A DNA stretch of 64,000 bases from Parcubacteria group bacterium GW2011_GWA2_40_23 (GTDB taxonomy: Bacteria > Patescibacteriota > Patescibacteriia > UBA11705 > JABHMO01), in the NCBI GenBank assembly GCA_000996245.1, contig LBYP01000005.1, positions 10,305 through 74,304 on the forward strand, written 5' to 3'. The position numbers were made by a program, and so were the translations under genes. The notes under the pieces are model-generated. The model saw only the letters and a list, made by a program, of their open reading frames with translations, ran no database searches and was not told where the DNA came from. Positions 10,425-20,186 of the stretch are shown here, piece by piece; positions within the stretch are counted from its first letter, which is position 1; each line of letters begins with the position of its first letter.

Positions 10425-12200
10425 ATGTCTAATACAACAACTTCAATCGAAGATTTACTTAGTTCATCGGGAAAACAAAAATTAACGGGGAAAGCCGCCG
10501 CTGCCGCTACCACCCAAATTGACGGGAAAAAGAACCTACCAAAGATCAAAGAAAGAAATGTCCAAGAAAAACTGGGCGACAAACTTCAGGTTATTACTGA
10601 TGAAAACGAGGAAATCAAAACTCAACAAAAAGCCGAGGAATATGGTATGCCCTATATTGATTTGATGGAATTCCCAGTTAGCAATGAATCTTTACAATCA
10701 ATTCCAGAAAACATTTGTATTGAAAATAATTTAATTTGCTTTGTTAATACGGGAGAAGAAATACGTTTAGCCACAACTGATCCAGAAAACAAAAAAAATG
10801 ACGAAATTAGGAATCAGCTTGAAGAACAACATCATGCCAAAACAAAACTTTATTTAATTTCAAATAGAAATTTAAAAAAACGTTTGGCTCAATATGCTAA
10901 AGTTCCTAAATACGCCAAACCAATTGAAGGCGTGGAAGTTTCTGAGGCTGAACTAACTCAATTTGCTGAAATCGCCAAGGACTTCATGGCCTTAAATGCT
11001 GAAATCAAAAAGGTAAATATTACGGACATGGTAACTTTGATAATTGCCGCTTCTCTACAATCTGGTGCCTCTGACATTCATATCGAAGCTGAAGAAGCAG
11101 ATATCAAAGTCCGTTTCCGTGTTGATGGTGTCTTGCATGATGCTGCTTCCATCGATAAATCTAGTTGGCCTAAAGTTATTTCTCGTATCAAACTTTTGTC
11201 TGGAGTTAAATTAAATATCACCGACAAACCACAAGATGGTCGCATCAGTATTAAAATGACCAAGGAACATGTGGATGTGCGTGTTTCAACCTTACCCACA
11301 ACCTGGGGTGAATCTGTGGTTATGCGTTTACTGAAATCTTCAACGGCGAGTCTTGATTTTGAAGACTTGGGCATACTTGGTCAAGCTTATGAAAATCTAA
11401 AACGTGAAGTAGAGAGACCAAACGGTATGATTATCACTACCGGACCAACTGGTTCTGGTAAAACAACAACTCTTTACGCTATTTTAAATAAATTAAACAA
11501 AGAAGGCACTAAGGTTATTACTTTGGAAGATCCAGTTGAATATAAATTGAAAGGCATTAATCAAAGTCAGATTGATCACAGCAAAGGATATTCTTTTGCC
11601 GACGGGTTACGTTCGATTCTTCGTCAAGATCCAGATATTGTCATGGTCGGTGAAATGCGCGACCTTGAAACTTCGGATGTGGCCATTAACGCAGCGCTCA
11701 CTGGTCACTTGGTTATTTCAACTATTCATACCAACAGTGCGGCCGGTGCGATCCCCAGATTTTTAGCTATGAATGTTAAACCCTTTTTATTAGCTCCAGC
11801 TTTAAATGCCATTATTGGTCAACGTCTTGTTCGTAGAATTTGCGAAAGTTGTAAACAAGAATATATTCCTGAACCAGACAAACTTGAACGCGCTAAAGAA
11901 TTATTGAATTCTATACCTGAGGGACATCCAGACAAACCAGACATGACTAACATGAAATTTTACAAAGGTACTGGCTGCGATGTTTGCCACAAGATCGGTT
12001 ACAAAGGACGAATTGGTATTTATGAAATTTTAGGTATGACACCGGAAATTGAAAAGATGGTTTTGAGTGGGAAAGTTTCTGAATATGACATGCAAGCTGT
12101 TGGTATAAAAAATGGCATGTTGACCATGGCACAAGATGGCATGGTCAAGGCACTTAAAGGCATAACTTCTATTGAAGAGGTGTTTAGAGTTAGCGAGTAG
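10425..12200 (+). CDS. pilB: type IV pilus / type II secretion assembly ATPase (PilB/GspE family)
   Basis: Walker A TGPTGSGKTTT, Asp box, His box, and a C-terminal Cys4 (CESC...CDVC). Confidence 0.85.
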   Translation: MSNTTTSIEDLLSSSGKQKLTGKAAAAATTQIDGKKNLPKIKERNVQEKLGDKLQVITDENEEIKTQQKAEEYGMPYIDLMEFPVSNESLQSIPENICIENNLICFVNTGEEIRLATTDPENKKNDEIRNQLEEQHHAKTKLYLISNRNLKKRLAQYAKVPKYAKPIEGVEVSEAELTQFAEIAKDFMALNAEIKKVNITDMVTLIIAASLQSGASDIHIEAEEADIKVRFRVDGVLHDAASIDKSSWPKVISRIKLLSGVKLNITDKPQDGRISIKMTKEHVDVRVSTLPTTWGESVVMRLLKSSTASLDFEDLGILGQAYENLKREVERPNGMIITTGPTGSGKTTTLYAILNKLNKEGTKVITLEDPVEYKLKGINQSQIDHSKGYSFADGLRSILRQDPDIVMVGEMRDLETSDVAINAALTGHLVISTIHTNSAAGAIPRFLAMNVKPFLLAPALNAIIGQRLVRRICESCKQEYIPEPDKLERAKELLNSIPEGHPDKPDMTNMKFYKGTGCDVCHKIGYKGRIGIYEILGMTPEIEKMVLSGKVSEYDMQAVGIKNGMLTMAQDGMVKALKGITSIEEVFRVSE

Positions 12201-12340
12201 TTAACAGCAAGTCTCTAGCTATAATCAAAAAAGCAACCCAGTACTATAAAGTGTTCCCTTTAAGTGCTGGGCAAGTAAAACAAGAAAACAAAAAACTAAC
12301 GCCGACTATTTGCTTTGTTGCTTTCTTGTTTTCTTGATTA

Positions 12341-13642
12341 TTGTTAAATATTTTAACCATGTACAATCCAAACCGAATCACAAACAGCTCATCAGGATCA
12401 GACACAGCAGTTCAAAAAGCCTTAAGCGCAACACCAACTCCAGAGTATGAGTTGAATGAGCGTTTTCTTTTACCTTATTTGGACGCTAAAGATGAAGAAC
12501 TTGAGGAAACTCTCACAAGGCTAGAAGATGAACTAATCGCTGAAAGCCAGAAAGAAGGTAATGAAAATAATCCTGTCATTGGTTTTTTGCATGCACTTTA
12601 TTCCCAAGAACTTTATTTAATAATGAAAAACGAGCAAGCCCTGCATGCGGCTGCAAATTGCCCGCCAGGAAAATCATTGGACACACTTTCAGATGAAGAA
12701 TTACAGGTTCTTAATGATAAATATCCGCGTAAACAAATGATGAATTTTCGACTAGAACATAGCATTTTAAGTTACCGACAATCGACGGAAATTGTTTGGG
12801 ACATGCGCCCAAGTGAACATACCAAAGTTGATCAATTCACTGCCAATATCATGCTTGCCGACATGCTTTATCGTAAAGCATCTGAAACAACTGATCCAGC
12901 TGAAGAACAGCAATTAATTGAAGAAGCTGATGGACTGTATAAACGTGTAATCAACAGTGATTTCATTGATAATGGACAAAAAGATGAATTAAAACTTATT
13001 GCTGTGCTACGCGAAGCGCACAAAAAATATTCACCAGACAAACCCTTTCTAATGGAACACGGCACCCCGCGAGAAGATCTGCGTGATGCTAAAGCGGACA
13101 TTAAAATGTATGTCGGCGTACAATCATTCTTGATTCAATTAAAAACTTTGACCGCCAATGAATACGTTGAAGAATTCAATGAGAAAATTTTAGAACGTGC
13201 ACGTCACAGTGTGGCTCAAGGAACATTGATTGTTAAAATTTCAACACCAACATTACGTGAAGCTTATGCTGATCCTGGCCGCGTACATTTAAAAAAAGTC
13301 GTTGATGAATTTGCAACCGGAGTTGATTATGCAGGTGGTGATTTTAACCTTATTTATTTAATCCCCGCAACAGAAAATAAACCAAAAGAAAAGAAAAAAA
13401 TAAATCGACGTTCAGTAGAAAATGATGTTAAGCAATACACAACCTTACGATCTTTACGCCAATTTGGGTTTGATGTGTTACCAACAGCAGAAGGTCTTAA
13501 AAATGCACGAGAACAATTACAAGAAGCCTTAATTTCTGCTATGGAACAAGGCGAATTGCATGTCAGCAAAGAAATGTTATTAAATCCACCTGATGATGTA
13601 GTGGCGATTATGAAACAATATTTATTGGATAGAGCAGCATAA
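12341..13642 (+). CDS. hypothetical protein (433 aa)
   Basis: Long AT-rich ORF with no recognised domain; start may be at MYNPN (12359). Confidence 0.5.
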   Translation: MLNILTMYNPNRITNSSSGSDTAVQKALSATPTPEYELNERFLLPYLDAKDEELEETLTRLEDELIAESQKEGNENNPVIGFLHALYSQELYLIMKNEQALHAAANCPPGKSLDTLSDEELQVLNDKYPRKQMMNFRLEHSILSYRQSTEIVWDMRPSEHTKVDQFTANIMLADMLYRKASETTDPAEEQQLIEEADGLYKRVINSDFIDNGQKDELKLIAVLREAHKKYSPDKPFLMEHGTPREDLRDAKADIKMYVGVQSFLIQLKTLTANEYVEEFNEKILERARHSVAQGTLIVKISTPTLREAYADPGRVHLKKVVDEFATGVDYAGGDFNLIYLIPATENKPKEKKKINRRSVENDVKQYTTLRSLRQFGFDVLPTAEGLKNAREQLQEALISAMEQGELHVSKEMLLNPPDDVVAIMKQYLLDRAA

Positions 13643-13662
13643 ATCTCGGGAAAAAACATTCC

Positions 13663-13703
13663 CAAAAAAAATTAGCGGCGACCTTCATGATGATGGTCGC
13701 CGC
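13663..13703 (-). terminator. rho-independent terminator for the small minus-strand gene
   Basis: Hairpin gcggcgacc...ggtcgccgc with a T-run on the minus strand. Confidence 0.55.
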
Positions 13704-13709
13704 TTGTTG

Positions 13710-13892
13710 TCACGGGTTGCCGCGTCGGGGCACGATCTGCGCCGGGCCACGACGAACTGCGAGTTCGAGTACTTCAGTTGCTTCCTCCTTCTTATTGTTG
13801 ATGACCTCGACTCCGGCCTGCTCGAGCAGACCCACGATAATCCGTCTCGGCGGACGCCGCCTCGACGCACCTGCACTGACGGGCTTCTTCAT
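13710..13892 (-). CDS. small basic protein (60 aa), hypothetical, GC-rich
   Basis: GGGAGG RBS 7 nt upstream of ATG; Arg/Pro-rich N-terminus. Confidence 0.45.
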   Translation of the reverse strand: MKKPVSAGASRRRPPRRIIVGLLEQAGVEVINNKKEEATEVLELAVRRGPAQIVPRRGNP

Positions 13893-14031
13893 GAGAACCT
13901 CCCTTCAGGTGACCAACTAATATATCAAGGTCTTACTTTTTTGTCAATGACACCAGTTGTTTTTCTGCTAAATTTAACTGAAAAAACAACTCTTTTGCAG
14001 GGCTCAATGTCCTCAGCCCCCACAAAAGAGC

Positions 14032-14060
14032 TTGACAGGATCCTCCAGAGATGCTAGATT
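14032..14060 (+). promoter_or_regulatory. sigma70-like promoter (TTGACA-17-TAGATT)
   Basis: Seen in sequence upstream of 14095. Confidence 0.5.
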
Positions 14061-14094
14061 GTAGTGTCCGAGGTAGTATAACCTGGAGGTTCGA

Positions 14095-14436
14095 ATGGAC
14101 TATGACCTGAGTGATTTCCTGACTGCAACCTTTATCGAAGCGCGTCGTCAACAGCTTCTCGAACGCGAACAATCCATCCACGCTCGCCTTGCAACCGAAG
14201 ACATGCCCGAAGCACAACGTACGAACCTGATTCGAGTCGTGCTTCCAAACATCATGGCCGCCCTCGCGCGTATCCATGTACATGCCTACGGCTACTGCAG
14301 CGACTGCGAAGAGCCCATACTGCAAACACGCCTCGAACTCCGACCCGAGTCCCCGCGCTGTGTCCACTGCCAGCAGACATTAGATCGCCAGAATCCGACT
14401 GACCTCCCGCGCGAACAACTCTTGTGGAGGCGTTAG
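14095..14436 (+). CDS. DksA/TraR-family C4 zinc-finger protein
   Basis: C-terminal CSDC-x17-CVHC matches the DksA/TraR zinc-finger spacing. GGAGG RBS. GC-rich. Confidence 0.65.
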   Translation: MDYDLSDFLTATFIEARRQQLLEREQSIHARLATEDMPEAQRTNLIRVVLPNIMAALARIHVHAYGYCSDCEEPILQTRLELRPESPRCVHCQQTLDRQNPTDLPREQLLWRR

Positions 14437-14495
14437 TTCTTCACCGAGTAACGCGAACATGACAACGGGAGCACTCCTCGAAGTGCTCCCGATTT

Positions 14496-14936
14496 TTATT
14501 CAATGAAATTAAATTCACGTTTAGTCTCACTAATATTTTTGATAACAATTTTTTTAAAATTAATTTTTTCTTTCTTTAGATAATCTTCTAAACTCTCGCC
14601 CCATTCCACGAAACTGACACAATCCTTTCTTTTAAAGTATTCCACTGCTCCGATATTTTTAAGGTCTCCGATGTCTAAACCTCGATAGGTATCGATATGT
14701 ATTAAATTCGTTATTCGTAATTCTTTATTCTTTATTACATATATTTTCATCAAAACAAAAGTCGGACTATTTACAACCCTCTTAACACCAAGCGCTTTGG
14801 CTACGCCTTTTACAAAGGTTGTTTTCCCTGCACCCAAATCACCCACAAGCAAAACAACTTCGCCACCTTTTAATGTCTGACCAAATTTTTCGCCGAGTTT
14901 TATTGTTTGTTGTTCATTTTTTGTTATCACTTTCAT
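14496..14936 (-). CDS. tsaE: tRNA threonylcarbamoyladenosine biosynthesis protein TsaE
   Basis: P-loop LVGDLGAGKTTF. Confidence 0.8.
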   Translation of the reverse strand: MKVITKNEQQTIKLGEKFGQTLKGGEVVLLVGDLGAGKTTFVKGVAKALGVKRVVNSPTFVLMKIYVIKNKELRITNLIHIDTYRGLDIGDLKNIGAVEYFKRKDCVSFVEWGESLEDYLKKEKINFKKIVIKNISETKREFNFIE

Positions 14937-14977
14937 ATGTTACAAATTACTAGTCTCCAGTCTCTAGTCACTAGCAC

Positions 14978-16084
14978 CTAACTCACTAGCTCCCACCCTG
15001 GATCTGGCTTCAACTTTGTTGGCTCAATAAAATCTTTTTTCAAGACATGGAAATAAGCAGCTTGAGCAATCATGGCAGCATTATCCCCAGCCATTTTCAT
15101 TTCTGGCATGAGGACGTTGACGTCGGGAAGTTTTTCGCTGATAACGCGCAGCATTTCGGATCTAAGCCATTTATTAGCAGAGACACCGCCGCCGAGAACT
15201 ATTGTTTTGGCTTTGAATTTTAATGCGGCGGCGGCAGTCTTAGCAACTAAAACTTCAACCACTGCTTTTTGGAATTCATAGGCCATTAAATTGCGCGCCT
15301 TATCTAAATTTTCTGGTGACAATATTTTGACGAGTTCATTCCATTTATATAACACTGATGTTTTTAAACCAGAAAAACTCATTTCAAAACCAACTTTGTC
15401 GAGCATGGGTCGTGGGAGTTTGATTTCAATACCTGGGATTGATTTAACCGACTCAACTTTGGCAGCCGCGACGCTAATTGCTGGGCCACCAGGGTAGCCA
15501 AGACCCAAAATTTTGGCGACTTTGTCGAATGCCTCTCCGGCCGCATCATCGCGCGTCTCGCCAATTAATTTATATTTCAAATAATCTTTGACTAAAATAA
15601 TTTGCGTGTGCCCGCCAGAGACAACCAAACCAACTGCAGGGAATTCGAGTTGCTCAGTTATAGATAATAAATGCCCCTCGATGTGATTGATCCTGATGAG
15701 TTGTTTGTTCAACGCGAGTGCGAGAGTCTTGGCTGTTTCCGTGCCGATCATCAGCGAACTCATTAAACCCGGACCAGCGGTAACTGCAATATAATCAATT
15801 TCTGCTATTTTCTTTTTGGCTTGTTTAAGAGCTAATTGTATCATCGGTAATATTTTTTCAATATGAAGACGAGCAGCCACTTCAGGGACAACTCCGCCGT
15901 ATTTAGCGTGGACTTGGACTTGAGAGGAAACACAGTTGCTTAGGATTTTAAAACTATGGCCTGTATCATGTAACATGTATCTCGATCCAGACAAAACAGC
16001 GGCAGCGGTTTCGTCGCAGGAGCTTTCTATGGCTAAAATTGTGAGTTGTTTTTTCATGCTTTGATTATATCTGATTTTGCCCAT
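14978..16084 (-). CDS. tsaD: tRNA N6-adenosine threonylcarbamoyltransferase TsaD
   Basis: Kae1/YgjD family: ILAIESSCDETAAAV. Confidence 0.9.
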   Translation of the reverse strand: MGKIRYNQSMKKQLTILAIESSCDETAAAVLSGSRYMLHDTGHSFKILSNCVSSQVQVHAKYGGVVPEVAARLHIEKILPMIQLALKQAKKKIAEIDYIAVTAGPGLMSSLMIGTETAKTLALALNKQLIRINHIEGHLLSITEQLEFPAVGLVVSGGHTQIILVKDYLKYKLIGETRDDAAGEAFDKVAKILGLGYPGGPAISVAAAKVESVKSIPGIEIKLPRPMLDKVGFEMSFSGLKTSVLYKWNELVKILSPENLDKARNLMAYEFQKAVVEVLVAKTAAAALKFKAKTIVLGGGVSANKWLRSEMLRVISEKLPDVNVLMPEMKMAGDNAAMIAQAAYFHVLKKDFIEPTKLKPDPGWELVS

Positions 16085-16199
16085 CTAAGGAAGATTGACA
16101 GGTTCACTCATATTTGTTATAGTTTCAGCGTTCTGTTAGGCAAAGGATCAAAGTTTTTTCTTGTAATTAACAGAACCAATATGAGACCCAATAAGTAGA

Positions 16200-16370
16200 A
16201 TTGCTTCACTCTGGGGCTTGCCCAGTAGTGTGGCGAAGCCTCTACTACTGGGCCCCCATCGTCTAGTGGTTAGGACACCAGGTTTTCATCCTGGTAACAG
16301 GGGTCCGATTCCCCTTGGGGGTACCATAAAGTACACGCTATGCGTGACTTTATGGCAAGCCATAATACAA
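16200..16370 (+). repeat. tRNA cassette flanks: leader GGGGCTTGCCC + hairpin overlapping the tRNA 5' end, and trailer hairpin including CCA + GGCAAGCCAT
   Basis: Same leader/trailer family as the 53.7-56.2 kb tRNA cluster. Confidence 0.6.
16252..16326 (+). tRNA. tRNA-Glu (UUC)
   Basis: Cloverleaf folded by hand; anticodon loop TTTTCAT; CCA encoded. Confidence 0.8.
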
Positions 16371-16739
16371 GCCACAAGACAAGCCACAATATTTATCGTG
16401 GCACACCAAAAGTGAACGAGTAATCTCGTTCTTTTTTGTTAGTATTCGTTTTTTTCCTTGACAAAAAAACAAGCAGCCTTATCAGCTGCCTATCAATTAT
16501 TACAAATATTTACAAAAAGACTACAACCTCTTAATTTTCTCTCTTATATTCGCTATTTGCTTGGTTTCCTTACTTTTCTTTATATTATTTTTGAGATCAG
16601 TTGTGCGTTTTTTAAGTTGATTTAGATCGTTGATTATTCGTTCCATTTCCTCTACAATAGGCTTGAGAGTGTTTTGTTTTGCCATACAGAATAAATTTAT
16701 ATTAATTCATCTATCTAATAATATCACTTTAAATCATCA

Positions 16740-17834
16740 TTGAATAGTATGAAAGAATCAACTTTAACTGCATCTGAAGCTCGTTTGAATAAAATGGCTG
16801 CTATGAAGGCTGAAGGCATACGTAAAAAAGCCGAAGGTGCCAAATCAGCGGAAACGCCCCAAGACAGTGAAACTGCGCGCTTATTAGCTGAAAAACAAGA
16901 AGCAGAACAAACCGTACTCAGAGCTAATGAAGCTCTTGCGGAAGATGAAGCTGTTCTCAGCCAAGCACAAGAACTTATGTCTGATATCAGCAAACTAGAC
17001 TCTGAAACTCAAGCTGAACTAACAGCTGAACACAAGGCAATTACCGCAAGTGTAGAAACAAAGAAGACTGAACTAATAGCCGCTCAGACACGGTTGGAAC
17101 AAGCACTTAAAAATTTGGAAGAGGCAAATCAAGAACAAACTCCAGAGGTTTTGTCAGAAGCAGCAACTGAAACTTCTACCACAGAAGTAGAAACACCAGA
17201 AGCAGAAGGACAAGAACCACAAATTGATTTGATTGCAGTTAATGACAAAATTCAGGAAACAATAACTGGTCTTAAGGCGAAGATTGATGGCGGGGAACTT
17301 ACTCCAACTGATCTAGCTAATAAATTGGAAACAGATTTTAAAGTTGATCCAGCGGCTGTCGAAGCATACAGCAAAATGATGGAAGAGATAGCAACTCTTG
17401 TCACAGACTTCAGAAGAACGGATGAAGAAAAGGCTGACGAGGAAGCTGGTACAAAAAGATTTAATGAAAGTAGACAAAAAATTGTCGAGGCACACAGCGA
17501 AGCCATCTTGAAAGAAATTGGAAAACATTCTGAAGAAATGGCCGCCAACCAAATTCTTCGTGGTAAATGGGATTCTTTCTCTAGCAACCTCATGGGCGAG
17601 ACGGCAGAACAAGCTCAAGCGTCAAAAGCGTTAGCAGAAAAGTATGCTCCATCAGGATTTAAGATTGTCGAGAATGAAGGACAAGAAAAAGAAGTCACAA
17701 CTAGAGTTAAAGCAGAAAATAGAATTGAAAGAGTAATTGTTCTTTCGCCTGGACTTAAAACAATCCAAGACATGGAGTCAATGTTGGGCACAATGATTCC
17801 ACGCAAGGCGAAAAAAGCCGAACCTGCACAATAA
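16740..17834 (+). CDS. acidic coiled-coil hypothetical protein
   Basis: Glu/Ala/Lys-rich 364-aa ORF. Confidence 0.5.
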   Translation: MNSMKESTLTASEARLNKMAAMKAEGIRKKAEGAKSAETPQDSETARLLAEKQEAEQTVLRANEALAEDEAVLSQAQELMSDISKLDSETQAELTAEHKAITASVETKKTELIAAQTRLEQALKNLEEANQEQTPEVLSEAATETSTTEVETPEAEGQEPQIDLIAVNDKIQETITGLKAKIDGGELTPTDLANKLETDFKVDPAAVEAYSKMMEEIATLVTDFRRTDEEKADEEAGTKRFNESRQKIVEAHSEAILKEIGKHSEEMAANQILRGKWDSFSSNLMGETAEQAQASKALAEKYAPSGFKIVENEGQEKEVTTRVKAENRIERVIVLSPGLKTIQDMESMLGTMIPRKAKKAEPAQ

Positions 17835-17919
17835 TCATTCCTTGTTAGTCAATTATATTTAGTTCAAATGCAAACAAAAAAGGACGAAAACACTTCGTTC
17901 TTTTTTGTTTAAATTATTC

Positions 17920-18657
17920 TTACGCTGGAATATTTGAAATCCACATTGTTTCAAAAATACTTTTAAAACTATCGTGAATAACTTGGCTCTCTAAAATCAC
18001 AGCAAACTGCTCCTTATAGGAAATAATATTAATTTTATTTTTTCCATAAACGCACATCTCAATCCCAATTTTAAATAAATTTGATGGGAACAATTTTGAT
18101 TTTCGCAAATGATTAATATCATTCTTTGCCAAATCACGAAAGATCTGAAGATCAGGCCACATTACTCTGACGGAAATCTTTTTATTTTTACGCGCAGGAA
18201 CATAAAAGTTAAGCAAGAAGTCCTCATCAAAATCTGTCGCATATGATTCTGAGCACCACATACAAATTTCTTTATCTGGATAGTGTAAGGTATCACGATA
18301 AACTTCACGAATACCTTCCAACCCTTCATAAAATCGAATCTCTGGTTTCTTATCAAAAAGTTTAACAAAAGTGAGTAGCTCCGGCATAATCCGACTCAAC
18401 CTATTTTTCTTTTCTTCTAAAACCTCCTCAAGCTTTCGTGGATCTTCGGCAATAAAAGTTATCTTCTTGCCTCTTTTTGCCGTGCTGATCATTCCTTTTT
18501 GCTTGAGCAAATCAATATACAAATAAACAGTTGTTCGTTTTACTTTTGATTTTTGAGCAATACGACTCACGGTCGTCTCTCCAAGCTCAAGTGCTGCTAA
18601 ATATACTTTAGCCTCAGTTTCATTTAGACCGGCGTTTTCTAAATCACGAAAATCCAT
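17920..18657 (-). CDS. TrmB-family transcriptional regulator
   Basis: N-terminal winged-HTH motif LGLNETEAKVYLAALELGETTVSRIAQKSKVKRTTVY. Confidence 0.65.
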   Translation of the reverse strand: MDFRDLENAGLNETEAKVYLAALELGETTVSRIAQKSKVKRTTVYLYIDLLKQKGMISTAKRGKKITFIAEDPRKLEEVLEEKKNRLSRIMPELLTFVKLFDKKPEIRFYEGLEGIREVYRDTLHYPDKEICMWCSESYATDFDEDFLLNFYVPARKNKKISVRVMWPDLQIFRDLAKNDINHLRKSKLFPSNLFKIGIEMCVYGKNKINIISYKEQFAVILESQVIHDSFKSIFETMWISNIPA

Positions 18658-18795
18658 AAATTTATAATTATGTCATCAATTATGACAACACTTTTAGTGT
18701 AGCCTTTATATTTAAATTAGTCAACAATTTAAGCCAAAATATGTTAATATAAGCAGCCGTTGATACTCCTCAATTTTTAAAAAATGTCATGAGCG

Positions 18796-18824
18796 TTGAC
18801 AAAATGTATAAATTCTGATAGAAT
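18796..18824 (+). promoter_or_regulatory. strong sigma70-like promoter (TTGACA-17-TAGAAT)
   Basis: AT-rich intergenic region upstream of the GC-rich radical SAM gene. Confidence 0.55.
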
Positions 18825-18882
18825 ATACTGTTAAGCTGTAAAGCTAACAAGTTCATTGAAAACATTAAAAAGGAAACCTACC

Positions 18883-20031
18883 ATGGACCTGAAACACAAA
18901 AACCTCTTTACCGCGAAAGCAGTCCAACACGGCCTTGGGCGCAAGAACACCGGCAAGCTCCAGTCTCTGTGGATCGAACTCCCGCCCTTCTGCAACTTGG
19001 CCTGCACGTACTGCTACGCCTGTGGCGGCGAAAAACGTGACCGCGACAATCTTCTTAACCGCGAAGATTACCTCAACATTCTTAATCAGGCGAAGCAGTT
19101 GGGAGTAGACAGCATCGGAATTCCCGGCGCAGGCGAACCGTTCATCCACGCGAACTTTGAACTCACCATGTGGATTCTGCACGAATGTGCAGCTCGTGAC
19201 ATTTACGTCACGTTGTTCACCACCGGAGAATTCATCACTCGCGAACTGGCGGATGAACTCTTCGAACTGCCAGTTGAGATTATGCTGAAAGGCAATAGTC
19301 TCGACCCAGAAGTGCAAGATCGGTTCGTGAGCAACCCCGATCGAGCAATCCACGGTTACGGTGTGGCCAGAAACCGAGCCATTGAAATCTTGATGGCTGC
19401 AGGGTTCAATGACCCCTCGGCTGCGCAGAAGCACGGTCGGCAAAGTCGCATGGCGCTAGTCACCTCGATCATGACTGACGAAAAAGAAGGCGGTCTGTCC
19501 AACATTGAAGAGGTTGCTCAAATATACCGCTTCTGTCGTGATCGCAACATCATCGCGGACATCGACACCATTCTCAAAAGAGGTCGCGCCCTCGAGTGCG
19601 GACTCTCGTCTGGAGATCGTAATGTCCTGCAGATGTTGATGACACTCCGTCGCATTGCCATCGAAGAATATGGTGATGCCGACACAGTGCTGTCGTCAAC
19701 GTATGTGGAGACGGTATGTGACCGTTTCCATCATCACCTGTACGTTGATGTGTCTGGACGTATTCGACCCTGCATCGGCGCGATGGATGTTGATCTCGGC
19801 AATATCCGATCGACGACCCTGTCAAAGGCCTGGGAATCTCGCGAGCGCCAGATTATCCGCGAACGTCGATACTCTGGTACTTGTGCCAGTTGCGCAAACT
19901 TCCAGGAACATAAGTGCCATTCTTGCCTCGGTCGCAGAACACCAGCAAGTGGAGAAAAATCGCTGACGAACGAAAGCTTGCTACGTGACGGCTGTGTTCA
20001 CACAACAGGATGCATGCTCTATCGGAAATAA
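18883..20031 (+). CDS. radical SAM enzyme with a C-terminal Cys-rich SPASM/twitch-like domain
   Basis: CNLACTYC (CxxxCxxC) near the N-terminus; C-terminal CASCANFQEHKCHSC...C...C cluster. ATG 18883 with AGGAAA RBS. GC-rich. Confidence 0.7.
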   Translation: MDLKHKNLFTAKAVQHGLGRKNTGKLQSLWIELPPFCNLACTYCYACGGEKRDRDNLLNREDYLNILNQAKQLGVDSIGIPGAGEPFIHANFELTMWILHECAARDIYVTLFTTGEFITRELADELFELPVEIMLKGNSLDPEVQDRFVSNPDRAIHGYGVARNRAIEILMAAGFNDPSAAQKHGRQSRMALVTSIMTDEKEGGLSNIEEVAQIYRFCRDRNIIADIDTILKRGRALECGLSSGDRNVLQMLMTLRRIAIEEYGDADTVLSSTYVETVCDRFHHHLYVDVSGRIRPCIGAMDVDLGNIRSTTLSKAWESRERQIIRERRYSGTCASCANFQEHKCHSCLGRRTPASGEKSLTNESLLRDGCVHTTGCMLYRK

Positions 20032-20050
20032 CTAAAAGGAGATCACAAAA

Positions 20051-20090
20051 AAACCCTCAAGTCTCACAGGCTTGGGGGTTTTTCTATTTT
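20051..20090 (+). terminator. rho-independent terminator
   Basis: Imperfect hairpin aaccctcaag...cttgggggtt followed by a T-run. Confidence 0.5.
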
Positions 20091-20186
20091 GTTGAAATTA
20101 TAATGTATAAATCCAACATAATAGATAACTTTAATATGTATTCCCGTCCCGTTATGATAAAATGGGACTAAATTTAAAAATCAAAT

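Noticed and set aside
16527-16691. 54-aa minus-strand coiled-coil ORF (MAKQNTLKPIVEEMER...)
   Set aside because: It has no RBS and is short and AT-rich; it is a possible small protein but unsupported.
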